Positions 9,653-20,583 of a stretch of 64,000 nucleotides of DNA are shown here, in pieces. Position 1 is the first letter of the stretch, and each line of letters starts with the position of its first letter. Where the stretch lies: contig JAUUDM010000028.1 in the NCBI GenBank assembly GCA_030826765.1, positions 2,162 to 66,161 on the forward strand, in the 5' to 3' direction. The stretch comes from Nautiliales bacterium (GTDB lineage: Bacteria; Campylobacterota; Campylobacteria; Campylobacterales; JAADDX01). The notes below the pieces were generated by a model that worked only from the letters and a program-made list of their open reading frames with translations, was not told where the DNA came from and searched no databases. Position numbers and translations under genes: made by a program.

Positions 9653-10344
9653 CTTTTATATTCCCTTAATAATTTATAATAAGTTGTAATTATATCAAAC
9701 TTTGAAAAACTATTGTAAAAAGCTTTTTTATAAGGCATAGCCATAAAAAGTAAAATAGCAAGTAAATAAAAAATTAGAACTGATTTAGTATCTTTATTCC
9801 ATAATTTCAAAGCAGTTCCAAAGCTTTTTTTCATCCTTGCTCCACTTAAATCAACACTATAAATTTCATCAAGAATTAAATGTGTAATAAATCCTAAAAA
9901 TACAAACATTCCAAAATACCAACTAATTAGATAGTTAAATTTAAAAATATAATAAAATAATAAACTAAAACTAAACCAAAAAATAAATCCTGCTGGAATT
10001 GAGTGGAACATTCCTCTATGTGTTGTTAACTTATTAAAAAAATGAAAGAGCAACATAACTCCCATAAAGCTTATAATCCATATTAAAGCTAAATTTAGAA
10101 TTGGATACATTCCAATATATTTAAAGAGTATAAAAAATGAGATTAAGTTTGCAAAAATATATTGCATAATTTTTGTTGGAGTTGAATTATCACTATCAAT
10201 ATCAGGTAAAATTCCTCCTATTATACCTCCTACAAAAAGTAAAGTTGCATCTGGCTTATCAACTAACCCACTATAATACATAGTCCCTGCTCCAAGTCCA
10301 CTTACAAAAGCTGCTACATTAAAATGTGTCTGAAAATTTGCCAT
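9649..10344 (-). CDS. membrane-bound metal-dependent hydrolase (YdjM/DUF457-like)
   Basis: It is polytopic and carries LPDIDS, HRGMFHS and HLILDE His/Asp motifs typical of the DUF457 family. It overlaps the murF start by 4 nt. Confidence 0.55.
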   Translation of the reverse strand: MANFQTHFNVAAFVSGLGAGTMYYSGLVDKPDATLLFVGGIIGGILPDIDSDNSTPTKIMQYIFANLISFFILFKYIGMYPILNLALIWIISFMGVMLLFHFFNKLTTHRGMFHSIPAGFIFWFSFSLLFYYIFKFNYLISWYFGMFVFLGFITHLILDEIYSVDLSGARMKKSFGTALKLWNKDTKSVLIFYLLAILLFMAMPYKKAFYNSFSKFDIITTYYKLLREYKR

Positions 10345-11043
10345 TTATCCCTCTATTAGTTTTTTTATATTTTTTGTAATTATATTTTTATTTTGTTTAT
10401 TTAAAAAAAAGTAGTGATTTCCACTTAACATAATAAGATTACTATTTAATAATTCAGATATTTTTTTATTAGCTTTTGGTGATACTGCTGTATCTTTATC
10501 TCCTCCAAAAACTATAGCTTTTCCTCTGTAATTTTTAAATTTATCACTAAAATCCTCATCTACTACATTTTTAAAAGTTTGATACATATTTTCACTCATA
10601 TCTTTTGCATCACTACTAACAAAAAGTTTTCTTATTTTGTTCCCTCCAAAAGACTTAAGAAGTTTAAATAATTTTATTTTAACTTTTACTTTTAAAGATT
10701 TAGGTTCAATAATCCCTGCAGAACTAAGTAAAACAAGATATCTTGGATTTAAAAGAGTTGCTACTTTTCCACCAAAGCTATGTCCTACTATACAAAATTT
10801 TTTTATATTTAATTCTTTTAAAAATTCATCTAATTTATCAGCATATTTTTGTGTATTCCATACTTCATCTGTTTGGCTTTTACCAAATCCAGGCATATCA
10901 ATAAAAAGAAGCTTATTATTTTCAAATTCATCTTTGAAAACTTTCATTACTTCTTTATTGCTACCCCATCCGTGTAAAAATATAATTGGATTATCTTTAT
11001 CAAAATTATAAAGTTCATAATTAATTCCAAGCTTAACTGCCAC
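10345..11043 (-). CDS. alpha/beta-fold hydrolase
   Basis: It has an HGWG oxyanion region and the GHSFGG nucleophile elbow. The late D and H residues (GDKD, GNHYF) fit a catalytic triad. Confidence 0.7.
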   Translation of the reverse strand: MAVKLGINYELYNFDKDNPIIFLHGWGSNKEVMKVFKDEFENNKLLFIDMPGFGKSQTDEVWNTQKYADKLDEFLKELNIKKFCIVGHSFGGKVATLLNPRYLVLLSSAGIIEPKSLKVKVKIKLFKLLKSFGGNKIRKLFVSSDAKDMSENMYQTFKNVVDEDFSDKFKNYRGKAIVFGGDKDTAVSPKANKKISELLNSNLIMLSGNHYFFLNKQNKNIITKNIKKLIEG

Positions 11044-12068
11044 TATTTACCTTTTGCCATTTGAATTTTATTTATATAACTGTAATCAATTTCAATTCTT
11101 TTTTCAAATTTAAGTGAATTTGATAATTTTTCTATAACCTCATCAAAATCTTCAAATAGATAATTAGCCATACTTCCTGGAATTGGATTTATCTCATTTA
11201 AATATATTTCTCCATTAAGTTCAAAAAAATCACATCTAATCAAAGCACCATTAAATAAATTTTCATAAATTTTACTAAAATTTTCTTTTATTTTTTCTTC
11301 TAAAATAGAATCAACTTTTTGAGTTTCTACTTCTTTTCTTGAAAAATCACAATATTTATCATCATAACTTAAGAATTCTTTTTTATTTACTTTCTCAACT
11401 TTAGAAAAAATCAATTCCCCTGCTTTACATCCTGCAAGATTATATTCGCTAATTCCTTCTTTGAACTCTTCAATAATAACACCATCATCAAACTCAAAAG
11501 CAACATCAAGTCCATATAAATACTCATCTTTATTTTTAGCAATAGTTACACCTATACTACTTCCAAGTCTTACAGGTTTTATAATTACAGGAAAACTTTC
11601 TGGAATATAACTATTATCAGTTACATATCTATAATTTAAAACTTTAACTCCTATTTCTTTTGCATACATTTTTGTATAAAGTTTATTATAACTTATTACA
11701 CTTGCTTCTATATTTGGAGTAATACATTTGATTCCAAAAAACTGCATCATACCTGCAATTTTTCCATCTTCTCCATCTCTTCCGTGAATTAAATTTAAAA
11801 CAATTCCATTTATATTTTCATTTCCAAACAATTTTTTATAAAAAAATCCACCTTTTTGAAGATTTAATTTTTTTGCTTTTTTATATTCAAAAGATGAAAA
11901 ATATTTACTTTTCATATTCTCTTTTTCTATTAAATAAAAATCTCTATTTCTATCTACAAAAACAAAACTTAAATTATGTTTTTTTATTTTATCTTTTAAT
12001 GTAATAGCACTAACTATTGAAATTTCATGCTCATAACTGCTTCCACCAAATAAAATTATTAAATTCAT
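11043..12068 (-). CDS. ddl: D-alanine--D-alanine ligase
   Basis: It has an ATP-grasp layout with GGSSYEHEISIVSA at the N-terminus, HGRDGEDG, and LNEINPIPGS near the C-terminus. Confidence 0.85.
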   Translation of the reverse strand: MNLIILFGGSSYEHEISIVSAITLKDKIKKHNLSFVFVDRNRDFYLIEKENMKSKYFSSFEYKKAKKLNLQKGGFFYKKLFGNENINGIVLNLIHGRDGEDGKIAGMMQFFGIKCITPNIEASVISYNKLYTKMYAKEIGVKVLNYRYVTDNSYIPESFPVIIKPVRLGSSIGVTIAKNKDEYLYGLDVAFEFDDGVIIEEFKEGISEYNLAGCKAGELIFSKVEKVNKKEFLSYDDKYCDFSRKEVETQKVDSILEEKIKENFSKIYENLFNGALIRCDFFELNGEIYLNEINPIPGSMANYLFEDFDEVIEKLSNSLKFEKRIEIDYSYINKIQMAKGK

Positions 12069-12090
12069 TTCTATCCTTTCTACATATAAA

Positions 12091-12642
12091 TTAAAAACTT
12101 GCTAATTTTTTAAGAGCTAATTTAACTGCTTCTTCTGTTGAAGTAACTTTGACATCTTTCAATGCTTTTGTAATCGCATCTTTTTTAAATCCTAAATTTT
12201 CAAGAGCAATAATAGCATCTGGAATTGCACTATCTTCTTCGTTTATTTCTCCAACACTAAATTCTCCAAGTTCTACAAGAATCCTACTTGCACTTTTTGG
12301 ACCAATTCCTGGAACTTGTTTAAGTGCTGCTATATTTTTAGTTTGAACTATACTTGCAAATGTTTGAGGAGTAAAAGTTGAACATATTGCTAAAGCAACT
12401 TTAGGACCTACTCCATTGATTTTGATTAAAGTATCAAACATCTTTTTTTCATACTCATTTATAAACCCATATAAAGTATAACTATCTTCTCTTATTATTT
12501 CAGTAATATATATAAATACCTCATCATTTAATTCAGAATATGTGTTTACACTAACACTAATTTCATAAATCACACCATTTACATCTACTAATACAGTATT
12601 TAACTTTTTTTTAAACAGTTTACCTCTAAGAGCTGCTATCAT
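12091..12642 (-). CDS. ruvA: Holliday junction branch migration complex subunit RuvA
   Basis: It starts MIAALRGKL and has tandem helix-hairpin-helix motifs (INGVGPKVAL, VPGIGPKSASRI). Confidence 0.9.
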   Translation of the reverse strand: MIAALRGKLFKKKLNTVLVDVNGVIYEISVSVNTYSELNDEVFIYITEIIREDSYTLYGFINEYEKKMFDTLIKINGVGPKVALAICSTFTPQTFASIVQTKNIAALKQVPGIGPKSASRILVELGEFSVGEINEEDSAIPDAIIALENLGFKKDAITKALKDVKVTSTEEAVKLALKKLASF

Positions 12643-14533
12643 CTTTACTCCCTACTATTTTATAATCCATTTCTCCAGAATCTTTAAGCATAAAAACTTC
12701 TATATCTCTATCTGTTTCTTTTGTATCATATGTTATCTTCATAGGAGGTTCAATCAAATGAAATTCAACCCTATTAAATTCAGGAAATCCAGAATGAGAA
12801 ATTACTTTTGCTAAAAATGTACTATTTTGTAATTGATTAAGCTCATTTTTTATAAATTCCATTTTTTCTTTTATCTCTTTTAATGTATCTTCAATCTTTT
12901 TAGTTTGTTTTACAAAATCATTATATTTTTTTAATTTTTGTAACCATACTGATTTTATAGGAAGATTATTTTGTTTATATTCATTTATTTTTTCTTTCAA
13001 CTCATTAATTGAAAATTTATTTCTTAAAATAATTTGTTTATTGATATCATATTTTTCTTTATATTGTCTAAATTTCCTTTCAAGTTCTTTTATAGTTTCT
13101 TCTTGCTTTACAACATATTCTGCTTTATGCTCTACTTGACTTTCATCAATTATAAATTTATTTTCACTACCCTTTAATGTTTGTATTTCAATTAAATCTG
13201 AGGCTATTAAAGTAATGTGTGAGCCTAAAAGTTCTACTGTTATCTCTTTTGCAATAACTTTACCACTAATAGCCTGCTTAATATGAACTTTCTCCGCTTC
13301 TACTCTACCACCTTCTAACCTATGAATAAGAACTTCTTTTCCTTTTAATAATCCTCTATGAATATTTATATCTGATTTAATAGCAGCTATTTTTGAATTT
13401 CGATGAGTTTGTCCCTCAATTACTAATTTTTTAGCTTTTATTTTACTATTATTTCCAACATTACCTTTTACAAGCAAATCTGTAGTTTCAACTATCATTC
13501 CATCACGAATAGCATCCTTCATAACATCACTTTCGTTTATTTCAAGTTTTACATCACTTTCTAAAGCACCTTTAACATTTCCAGTTTTTAAAGATATTTG
13601 ATTAACTTCAAGCTCATCTTTGACAAAAATAACATTTCCTTTTAAATAAACATAACCATTCTTATTTGAGATATATTTAATAGATTCAGTGTCTTCTTTT
13701 TTGATAGCTTCATTTCCATTTATTTTAAATTCAGGTATTTTACTCTCTTTTAATTCAGATACCTTTATATATTCTCCTCTACAATTTCGACCATTTTTTC
13801 CTTCTTGTGGTTTTATTATTTCTATAATAACATCATCTTTTTTTATAGGATAAATAAGTTCTTTCACAAACTCATCTTCTTTTGCTAAAGCTTTATAATG
13901 TTCAATAACTTCCATTTTTATAGGTTCAATAGGTGTAATAGCTTCACATAAAGTAATAGGAAAATCGTCTTCTATCATTCCAACAACCCTAATTTTTGTA
14001 ATCAGATTTTTAATATCATCTAATAATTTTTCTTCAAAAGGCTTAAATTGAATTATCATTTGTGATTTTAATTTTTTCTTATATAACTCATCTAATATTT
14101 GAGATTCTAATTTGTTAGAATAATTTAGTAAAGAGTTAGGAGAAACTACAAAAGTAGCTCTTGTTAAAGATTTATTTGCTTGAAATTTTCCAATTAATTC
14201 AAAATCATCTGAAAATTTAAACTTTTGGACTCGTATTTCATATGATTGTTTGATTTCAAAATCTTCATTTAATAAAAGTTTTTCTTTTATTATCAGATTT
14301 TCAGTTTCATCATCCATTAAAACAAAATCATCATTTTTATGAAGTCTGATATATGTTTCTACATTTAAAATATCAAAATCTATACTAGATAAAGCCAGAT
14401 TATATTTTTTAGCAATTTCTGATAAACTTTTAGATACATTATCAGTTTTAACAATTTGTGTTGTGAATTTAGCCTCTTTATTATCTGATTCTATATCTTT
14501 TTGTTTAGTTTTAAAAATATCAAAAAGTCCCAC
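12626..14533 (-). CDS. FapA/DUF342 family protein
   Basis: A 635-aa protein with a central repetitive beta-helix-like region (repeated G-x-V/I-x-G.. segments) and a C-terminal coiled coil, as in DUF342/FapA proteins. It overlaps the ruvA start by 17 nt. Confidence 0.5.
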   Translation of the reverse strand: MGLFDIFKTKQKDIESDNKEAKFTTQIVKTDNVSKSLSEIAKKYNLALSSIDFDILNVETYIRLHKNDDFVLMDDETENLIIKEKLLLNEDFEIKQSYEIRVQKFKFSDDFELIGKFQANKSLTRATFVVSPNSLLNYSNKLESQILDELYKKKLKSQMIIQFKPFEEKLLDDIKNLITKIRVVGMIEDDFPITLCEAITPIEPIKMEVIEHYKALAKEDEFVKELIYPIKKDDVIIEIIKPQEGKNGRNCRGEYIKVSELKESKIPEFKINGNEAIKKEDTESIKYISNKNGYVYLKGNVIFVKDELEVNQISLKTGNVKGALESDVKLEINESDVMKDAIRDGMIVETTDLLVKGNVGNNSKIKAKKLVIEGQTHRNSKIAAIKSDINIHRGLLKGKEVLIHRLEGGRVEAEKVHIKQAISGKVIAKEITVELLGSHITLIASDLIEIQTLKGSENKFIIDESQVEHKAEYVVKQEETIKELERKFRQYKEKYDINKQIILRNKFSINELKEKINEYKQNNLPIKSVWLQKLKKYNDFVKQTKKIEDTLKEIKEKMEFIKNELNQLQNSTFLAKVISHSGFPEFNRVEFHLIEPPMKITYDTKETDRDIEVFMLKDSGEMDYKIVGSKDDSSS

Positions 14534-14563
14534 ATTTTTCCTTTTTATGCTACAATTTCATTT

Positions 14564-15874
14564 ATGTTTAAAGCAATATTTACAAATAGTTTCGGAATTC
14601 TTTTTTCAAGAATCCTTGGGTTTATCAGAGATTTGTTAACAGCATCCATCCTTGGAGCAAATATATACAGTGATATTTTTTTTGTGGCATTTAAATTGCC
14701 TAATCTTTTTCGCCGTATTTTTGCAGAAGGAGCCTTTACTCAAAGTTTTTTACCAGCATTTAGTTCTGCTGTTTATAAACCATCTTTTTCATTTAATATT
14801 TTAAAAAAGTTTTTTATAATTATACTCTTATTATCTATAATTGTCACTATATTTGCCCCATATATTACAAATATTTTAGCATTTGGATTTAATAATGAAG
14901 CCAAGAATATAGCCGCTCCTTTAATTGCTATAAATTTTTATTATTTAGATTTTATATTTTTAGTTACTTTTTTAGCTAGTTTATTACAATATAAAAATCA
15001 TTTTGCAACTACTGCTTTTTCAACTGGACTTTTGAATATAAGTTTAATTATATCTTTACTTCTATCTTATAATAAATCTCCTTTAGAAATCATTTATTAT
15101 ATGAGTTTTGGAGTTTTAATTGGTGGATTATTACAATTAATTGCACATTTAATTACTGCTAAAAATTTTAAAATATTAAAACTTTTAGAAATTGGATGTA
15201 AAAGTAAAAAAAAGCCAGAACTTGCAGAACAAAAATTTCAAAAAGCCTTTTTACCATCAATTTTTGGAAATTCAACTGCTCATATTTCTGCTTTTTTAGA
15301 TACTTGGCTTGCTACATTTTTAATTAGTGGAAGTATTAGTTATTTATATTATGCCAATCGACTTTTTCAACTACCTTTGGCACTTTTTGCAATAGCTACA
15401 AGTGTTGCAGTTTTTCCAAAACTTTCCAAATATTTAAACAACAATGAAGAAAAAAAAGCAAATGAAATTATGAAAAAAAGCTTTTGGTTTTTAGCTATTA
15501 TTTTGTTAATTGCTACTATAATTGGATTTGTAGGTGCTGAATTTATTGTAAAATTATTATTCCAAAGAGGTGCGTTTACTTATACTGATACTCTTAATAC
15601 AACTTTTGTATTACAAATGTATATTTTAGGACTTATCCCATTTGGACTTTCTAAAATATTTTTAAGTTATTTATACTCTACTCATCGTCATATGAAAGCA
15701 GCTAAAATTTCTGCTATTTCTCTTGGATGGAATATAGTTTTTAGTCTTATTTTAATCTATCCAATGGGTGCAAGTGGATTAGCATTAGCAAGTACACTAA
15801 CAGGATATCTTTTATTTTTCTTAACTATCAAAGAATTTGGATTTGCTAATTTTAAAAACTTAATTAATCATTAA
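14564..15874 (+). CDS. murJ: lipid II flippase MurJ (MviN)
   Basis: It has the N-terminal signature FSRILGFIRDLLTASILGA..DIFFVAFKLPNLFRRIFAEGAF and many TM helices. I chose the internal ATG at 14564, which removes the overlap with the divergent FapA gene. Confidence 0.8.
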   Translation: MFKAIFTNSFGILFSRILGFIRDLLTASILGANIYSDIFFVAFKLPNLFRRIFAEGAFTQSFLPAFSSAVYKPSFSFNILKKFFIIILLLSIIVTIFAPYITNILAFGFNNEAKNIAAPLIAINFYYLDFIFLVTFLASLLQYKNHFATTAFSTGLLNISLIISLLLSYNKSPLEIIYYMSFGVLIGGLLQLIAHLITAKNFKILKLLEIGCKSKKKPELAEQKFQKAFLPSIFGNSTAHISAFLDTWLATFLISGSISYLYYANRLFQLPLALFAIATSVAVFPKLSKYLNNNEEKKANEIMKKSFWFLAIILLIATIIGFVGAEFIVKLLFQRGAFTYTDTLNTTFVLQMYILGLIPFGLSKIFLSYLYSTHRHMKAAKISAISLGWNIVFSLILIYPMGASGLALASTLTGYLLFFLTIKEFGFANFKNLINH

Positions 15875-15929
15875 AAAAGTTATTTTAATATTTTTGTTAT
15901 AATTGCAAATATAAAAATTAGGAGTAATA

Positions 15930-17318
15930 ATGAAGATTTTCAATTCTCATACTAAACAAAAAGAAGAATTTAAACCAATAAAAGATAATGATGTAAAAAT
16001 TTATGTATGCGGTCCAACTGTATATGATGATGCTCATTTAGGACATGCAAGAAGTTCAATAAGTTTTGACTTGCTTAGAAGAACTTTAGAAAAAAATGCT
16101 TACAATGTAACATTTGTAAAAAATTTTACTGATATTGATGATAAAATCATAAATAAAATGAATCAAACAGGTAAATCTCTAAAAGAAATTACAGAATTTT
16201 ATATAAATAGTTATTTAAATGATATGGAAAAATTAAATGTAAAAAGAGCAGATATAGAGCCAAAAGCCACTGAAAGTTTAGATGCTATATTTGAACTTAT
16301 TCAAACATTAAAAGACAAAGGTTATACTTACGAAATTGATGGTGACATTTATTTTGACACTTCAAAAGACAATGAATATTGTGAACTATCTCATAAATGC
16401 CAAGAAAATACAGAAAGTAGAGTTTGTAATTTTGGTAAAAAAAATCCAGCTGATTTTGCTTTATGGAAAGCTTGCAAGGGTGAAGATGATGTATGCTTTA
16501 ATTCTCCTTTTGGAAAAGGTCGTCCAGGGTGGCATATTGAATGTAGTGCAATGATAAAAAAACATATTGCTTACGACAAAGAATATCAAATTGATATCCA
16601 CGGTGGTGGAGCTGACCTGTTTTTCCCTCATCACGAAAATGAAGAAGCTCAAAGCCACTGTGCATATAGTAATCATTTAGCAAAATATTGGATGCATAAT
16701 GGATTTGTAAATATTAATGGTGAAAAAATGAGTAAATCTCTTGGAAATAGTTTTTTTGTAAAAGATGCTTTAAAAGTTTATGACGGAGAAATTTTAAGAT
16801 ATTATTTAATGCAAACTCATTATAGAGATGGATTTAATTTTAGTGAAGAAGACCTTTTAGTAAGTAAAAAAAGGCTTGATAAAATTTATAGACTAAAAAA
16901 AAGGATTTATAGATTAACTAAATTTAATCAAGATAAAGAGTTTGAGACTAAACTACTTGAATCTATGAGTGATGATTTAAATATATCTAAGGCGTTAGCT
17001 GTAATTGATGAATTTATTTCAAATGCAAATGAAGCTCTTGATAATAATCCAAAAGATAAAGTTTTAAAACAAAAAATAAATTCTAATATAAAATATATTT
17101 CTGAGTTATTAGGAGTTGGTGGAAAAGATGCTTATGAATATTTTCAAATTGGAATTGATGAAGATACTAAACAAAAAATAGAAGAATTGATTTCAAAAAG
17201 AAATGAAGCAAAAAAAGCAAAAAATTATGAAGAAGCAGATAAAATTAGAGAAGAAATATTAAACTTAGGTGTAAAAATTCAAGATACACCTACTGCAACT
17301 CTATGGGAGAAAATATAA
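15930..17318 (+). CDS. cysS: cysteine--tRNA ligase
   Basis: It has the HLGHARS (HIGH) and KMSKS class-I motifs and a GRPGWHIECS zinc site. Confidence 0.95.
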   Translation: MKIFNSHTKQKEEFKPIKDNDVKIYVCGPTVYDDAHLGHARSSISFDLLRRTLEKNAYNVTFVKNFTDIDDKIINKMNQTGKSLKEITEFYINSYLNDMEKLNVKRADIEPKATESLDAIFELIQTLKDKGYTYEIDGDIYFDTSKDNEYCELSHKCQENTESRVCNFGKKNPADFALWKACKGEDDVCFNSPFGKGRPGWHIECSAMIKKHIAYDKEYQIDIHGGGADLFFPHHENEEAQSHCAYSNHLAKYWMHNGFVNINGEKMSKSLGNSFFVKDALKVYDGEILRYYLMQTHYRDGFNFSEEDLLVSKKRLDKIYRLKKRIYRLTKFNQDKEFETKLLESMSDDLNISKALAVIDEFISNANEALDNNPKDKVLKQKINSNIKYISELLGVGGKDAYEYFQIGIDEDTKQKIEELISKRNEAKKAKNYEEADKIREEILNLGVKIQDTPTATLWEKI

Positions 17319-18475
17319 TGTATGAAAAAATTAGACCAATTTTATTTAAAATAAATCCGGAAAATGCACATCATTTGGCTGAAATAGCTTTAAGTACAGC
17401 TAGAAGATGTCCTCTGTTTTTTAACTGGATGAGTGAAAAATATTTTGTAAAAAATGAAAAACTTCATCAAAAAATTTGGGGATTGGATTTCAAACATCCA
17501 GTAGGAACTGCAGGTGGATTTGATAAAAATGCAACAATGATTCAAGCGCTTCCTAGTTTAGGTTTCGCATGGGGAGAACTAGGTGCAGTTACACCAAAAC
17601 CACAACCAGGGAATGAAAAACCTCGTGTTTGGAGACACATAAAAGAAGAATCACTTCAAAATGCTTTTGGATTTAACAATGATGGGGTAGAAGTAATTGC
17701 TGAGAGACTTGATAAAATTTATCCGTTTATTTTACCTCTTTGTATGAATATTGGTAAAAATAAAACTACTCCAGAATATAAAGCAATTGAAGATTACAAA
17801 ATTTTAGTAGAAAAATTAAAAGATAAAGTTGACTTTTTTATAGTAAATGTTTCAAGTCCAAACACACCTAATTTAAGAAAGTTATTAAATGAAGAATTTA
17901 TTTCTAATTTATTTATAGAACTTAAAAAATTAACAAATAAACCAATTTTAATGAAATTAAGCCCTGATATGGATATTGAATTTGCAGTTGAAATTGCGAA
18001 AATTGCTGTAGCTAATGGAGCGGATGGAATAGTTGCAACAAATACAACAGTTGATTATAGTTTAGTAAAAAATCCTCAAGATAGAGGTGGAATAAGTGGA
18101 AAAGCTTTAAAAGAAAAATCTTACAATATGCTGACAAGCCTTGCAAAAGAGCTTTTTAGGAAAACTGTTTTAATAAGTGTTGGTGGAATTGATAGTGCTG
18201 AGGAAGCATATAAAAGAATAAAAGCAGGAGCAAGTTTAATTCAAATATTTACAGCATTTATTTATCATGGACCAAAACTTATAAAAGAGATAAATGAAGG
18301 TATTCTTGAACTAATGGCAAAAGAAGGATATAATCATATTTCAGAAGCTATTGGTGCAGATATTGAAAAATTAAAAGATGAAACAATTTTAGATACAGAG
18401 ATTATACAATCTAATGACGAAAATCAAGATAGTCAAACAGAAGAAAAAAATACTAAAAAAGATAATGAGTTGTAA
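17318..18475 (+). CDS. pyrD: dihydroorotate dehydrogenase (quinone), class 2, with an acidic C-terminal tail
   Basis: It has the GFDKNA, GAVTPKPQPGN, NVSSPNTP and GGI motifs. The ATG at 17318 overlaps the cysS stop as TAATG, and I prefer it over the upstream ATG at 17303. Confidence 0.85.
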   Translation: MYEKIRPILFKINPENAHHLAEIALSTARRCPLFFNWMSEKYFVKNEKLHQKIWGLDFKHPVGTAGGFDKNATMIQALPSLGFAWGELGAVTPKPQPGNEKPRVWRHIKEESLQNAFGFNNDGVEVIAERLDKIYPFILPLCMNIGKNKTTPEYKAIEDYKILVEKLKDKVDFFIVNVSSPNTPNLRKLLNEEFISNLFIELKKLTNKPILMKLSPDMDIEFAVEIAKIAVANGADGIVATNTTVDYSLVKNPQDRGGISGKALKEKSYNMLTSLAKELFRKTVLISVGGIDSAEEAYKRIKAGASLIQIFTAFIYHGPKLIKEINEGILELMAKEGYNHISEAIGADIEKLKDETILDTEIIQSNDENQDSQTEEKNTKKDNEL

Positions 18476-18529
18476 AAATTTTAAATTTTTTGTAAAATTC
18501 GCATAAAGATATTAAAAAGGATATATATT

Positions 18530-19027
18530 ATGAATGTAATAACTGGAAAAGTTTGGAAATTTGGAGATAACATAGATACAGACTTAATTATCCCAGCAAG
18601 ATATTTAAATACATCTGACCCACATGAATTAGCTCAACATGTAATGGAAGATGCAGATCCAGAATTTCCTAAAAAAGTAGAGCCAGGAGATATTATTGTA
18701 GCAGGTTGGAATTTTGGTAGTGGAAGTAGTAGAGAACACGCTCCAATCGCTTTAAAAGCAGCAGGAGTAAGTGCCGTAATAGCTAAAAGCTTTGCAAGAA
18801 TTTTCTATAGAAACTCATTTAATATGGGACTTCCTATTTTTGAACTATTAGAAAGTGATGAAATAAATGAAGGTGATTTAGTAAAAATTGACCTTGATAA
18901 TGGAGAAGTTCATAATTTTGAAACGGGTAAAACTTATAAATTTACTCCAATTCCTGATTTTATGCAAGAACTAATTGCTGCAGGTGGGCTTATGAATTAT
19001 GCTAAAGAAGAAATAAAGGAAAAATAA
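18530..19027 (+). CDS. leuD: 3-isopropylmalate dehydratase small subunit
   Basis: It has [21 protein letters not shown] and [10 protein letters not shown] motifs. Confidence 0.9.
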   Translation: MNVITGKVWKFGDNIDTDLIIPARYLNTSDPHELAQHVMEDADPEFPKKVEPGDIIVAGWNFGSGSSREHAPIALKAAGVSAVIAKSFARIFYRNSFNMGLPIFELLESDEINEGDLVKIDLDNGEVHNFETGKTYKFTPIPDFMQELIAAGGLMNYAKEEIKEK

Positions 19028-19028
19028 T

Positions 19029-20096
19029 ATGAGTAATAAATATAAAATAGCTTTAATTAAAGGTGATGGAATTGGTCCTGAAATCGTAAATGAAGCTGTT
19101 AAAGTTTTAGATGCAATAGCAAGTGTAGAAAATATATCATTTGAATATAATGAATATTTAATGGGTGGATGTGCAGTTGATGTATTTGATAATCCTCTTC
19201 CAGCTGATACAATCACTGGTGCACTAAACAGTGATGCTGTTTTATTTGGTGCTATTGGTGGTCCAAAATATGATTCTTTACCATCAGAAAAAAGACCAGA
19301 AACTGGCCTTCTTAAGCTAAGAAAATCTTTAAATGCATTTGCAAATATTAGACCAGCAGTGATTTTTGATGAATTAACAGCCGCTTCTACTCTAAAAGAA
19401 GAAGTAATAAAAGGTGTAAATCTTGTAGTTGTTAGAGAACTAACTGGTGGTATATACTTTGGTGAACCAAGAGAAAAAAAAGAAGATGTAGCATATAACA
19501 CAATGATTTATACAAAAGATGAAATAAAAAGAATTGCAAAAGTAGCGTTTGATCAAGCTATGAAAAGAGATAAAAAAGTAACTTCTGTAGACAAAGCTAA
19601 TGTTTTAGAAGTTTCTAAATTATGGAGAGAAGTTGTTGAGGAAATTGCAAAAGATTATCCAGAAGTATCATTAGAACATATGTATGTAGATAATGCAGCA
19701 ATGCAACTTATTAGAAATCCAAAACAATTTGATGTTATTTTAACAGGAAATATTTTTGGAGATATTTTAAGCGATGCAGCAAGTATGGTAGTTGGAAGTA
19801 TTGGTCTTTTACCAAGTTCTAGTATTGGTGGAAAAGTTGGACTTTATGAGCCAATCCATGGAAGTGCTCCTGATATTGCTGGTCAAGGAATTGCAAACCC
19901 AATTGCCACTATTATGAGTGCAAGTATGATGCTAAGAGACTTAGGAGAAGTAAAAGCAGCTAATAGGATAGATGATGCTATTAAAGCTGTTTTAAAAGAG
20001 GGATATAGAACTCACGATTTAGCTAATTTCGATGCTAAAGAAGTAGTTAGTACTGAAGAAATGGGAAGTTTAATCGCTGAATATGCAACCAAATAA
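19029..20096 (+). CDS. leuB: 3-isopropylmalate dehydrogenase
   Basis: It has [12 protein letters not shown]-like [16 protein letters not shown] and [15 protein letters not shown] motifs. Confidence 0.95.
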   Translation: MSNKYKIALIKGDGIGPEIVNEAVKVLDAIASVENISFEYNEYLMGGCAVDVFDNPLPADTITGALNSDAVLFGAIGGPKYDSLPSEKRPETGLLKLRKSLNAFANIRPAVIFDELTAASTLKEEVIKGVNLVVVRELTGGIYFGEPREKKEDVAYNTMIYTKDEIKRIAKVAFDQAMKRDKKVTSVDKANVLEVSKLWREVVEEIAKDYPEVSLEHMYVDNAAMQLIRNPKQFDVILTGNIFGDILSDAASMVVGSIGLLPSSSIGGKVGLYEPIHGSAPDIAGQGIANPIATIMSASMMLRDLGEVKAANRIDDAIKAVLKEGYRTHDLANFDAKEVVSTEEMGSLIAEYATK

Positions 20097-20328
20097 AACT
20101 TACGCTAAAATTTTAGAATCACAAGGCTTTTTTAAAGAAGCTTTTGTGATTTATCAAAATCTCCTTAAAAAAAATCCCCAAGATAAAGAATTAAAAATTG
20201 CTTTAAAAAGATTAAAAAAAATAAGAACAAAATTTAATAAAATCAACAATAATATGAAAGAATTTTTTATCAAAATGGATGAAAATAACTTTTTAGAATT
20301 TGAAGAGTGGCTTATAAAAGGCTTTTAA
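20083..20328 (+). CDS. small hypothetical protein (single TPR-like helix pair)
   Basis: An 81-aa ORF that overlaps the leuB end by 14 nt. It is basic and helical. Calling it coding is plausible from the packing only. Confidence 0.35.
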   Translation: MQPNKTYAKILESQGFFKEAFVIYQNLLKKNPQDKELKIALKRLKKIRTKFNKINNNMKEFFIKMDENNFLEFEEWLIKGF

Positions 20329-20337
20329 AGGAATAAA

Positions 20338-20583
20338 ATGAATAATGATTTAAAAGATGTAATTTTACAAACTCTTGAAGAATTAGATGAAAAAGAAGAA
20401 AACACATCTTCTGAGACTAAAGCAATTGATAAAGAATTTTTACTTAATTTAAAAGAAAGATTGTTAGTTTTATTTGAAGGGCTTCAATCTCCAAACATAG
20501 TAAAATTAGAACAAAAACTTGATTTAACACTTAATTTTCTTGAATATACTCTTGCCCAAATTGAAAAAAAACTAAATGAGTAA
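20338..20583 (+). CDS. small hypothetical acidic protein
   Basis: An 81-aa ORF with a GGAATAAAATG RBS context. It overlaps the next gene by 8 nt. Confidence 0.4.
   Translation: MNNDLKDVILQTLEELDEKEENTSSETKAIDKEFLLNLKERLLVLFEGLQSPNIVKLEQKLDLTLNFLEYTLAQIEKKLNE

Noticed and set aside
14501-14563. Longer upstream start codons given by the ORF track for murJ (14501), pyrD (17303), the SHOCT protein (26045), the MBL/beta-CASP gene (44573) and the MFS transporter (63829).
   Set aside because: The extensions overlap neighbouring genes, lack RBS sequences and add non-homologous residues. Internal ATGs at 14564, 17318, 25973, 44504 and 63793 have RBS or TAATG coupling and give family-typical N-termini.
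18971-19501. A 176-aa ORF on the minus strand, the longest of the unexplained track ORFs.
   Set aside because: It lies entirely antisense to the highly conserved leuD end and leuB. Its composition is Ser/Phe/Ile-rich and of low information, as expected for the reverse frame of an AT-rich gene. There is no RBS and no motif.
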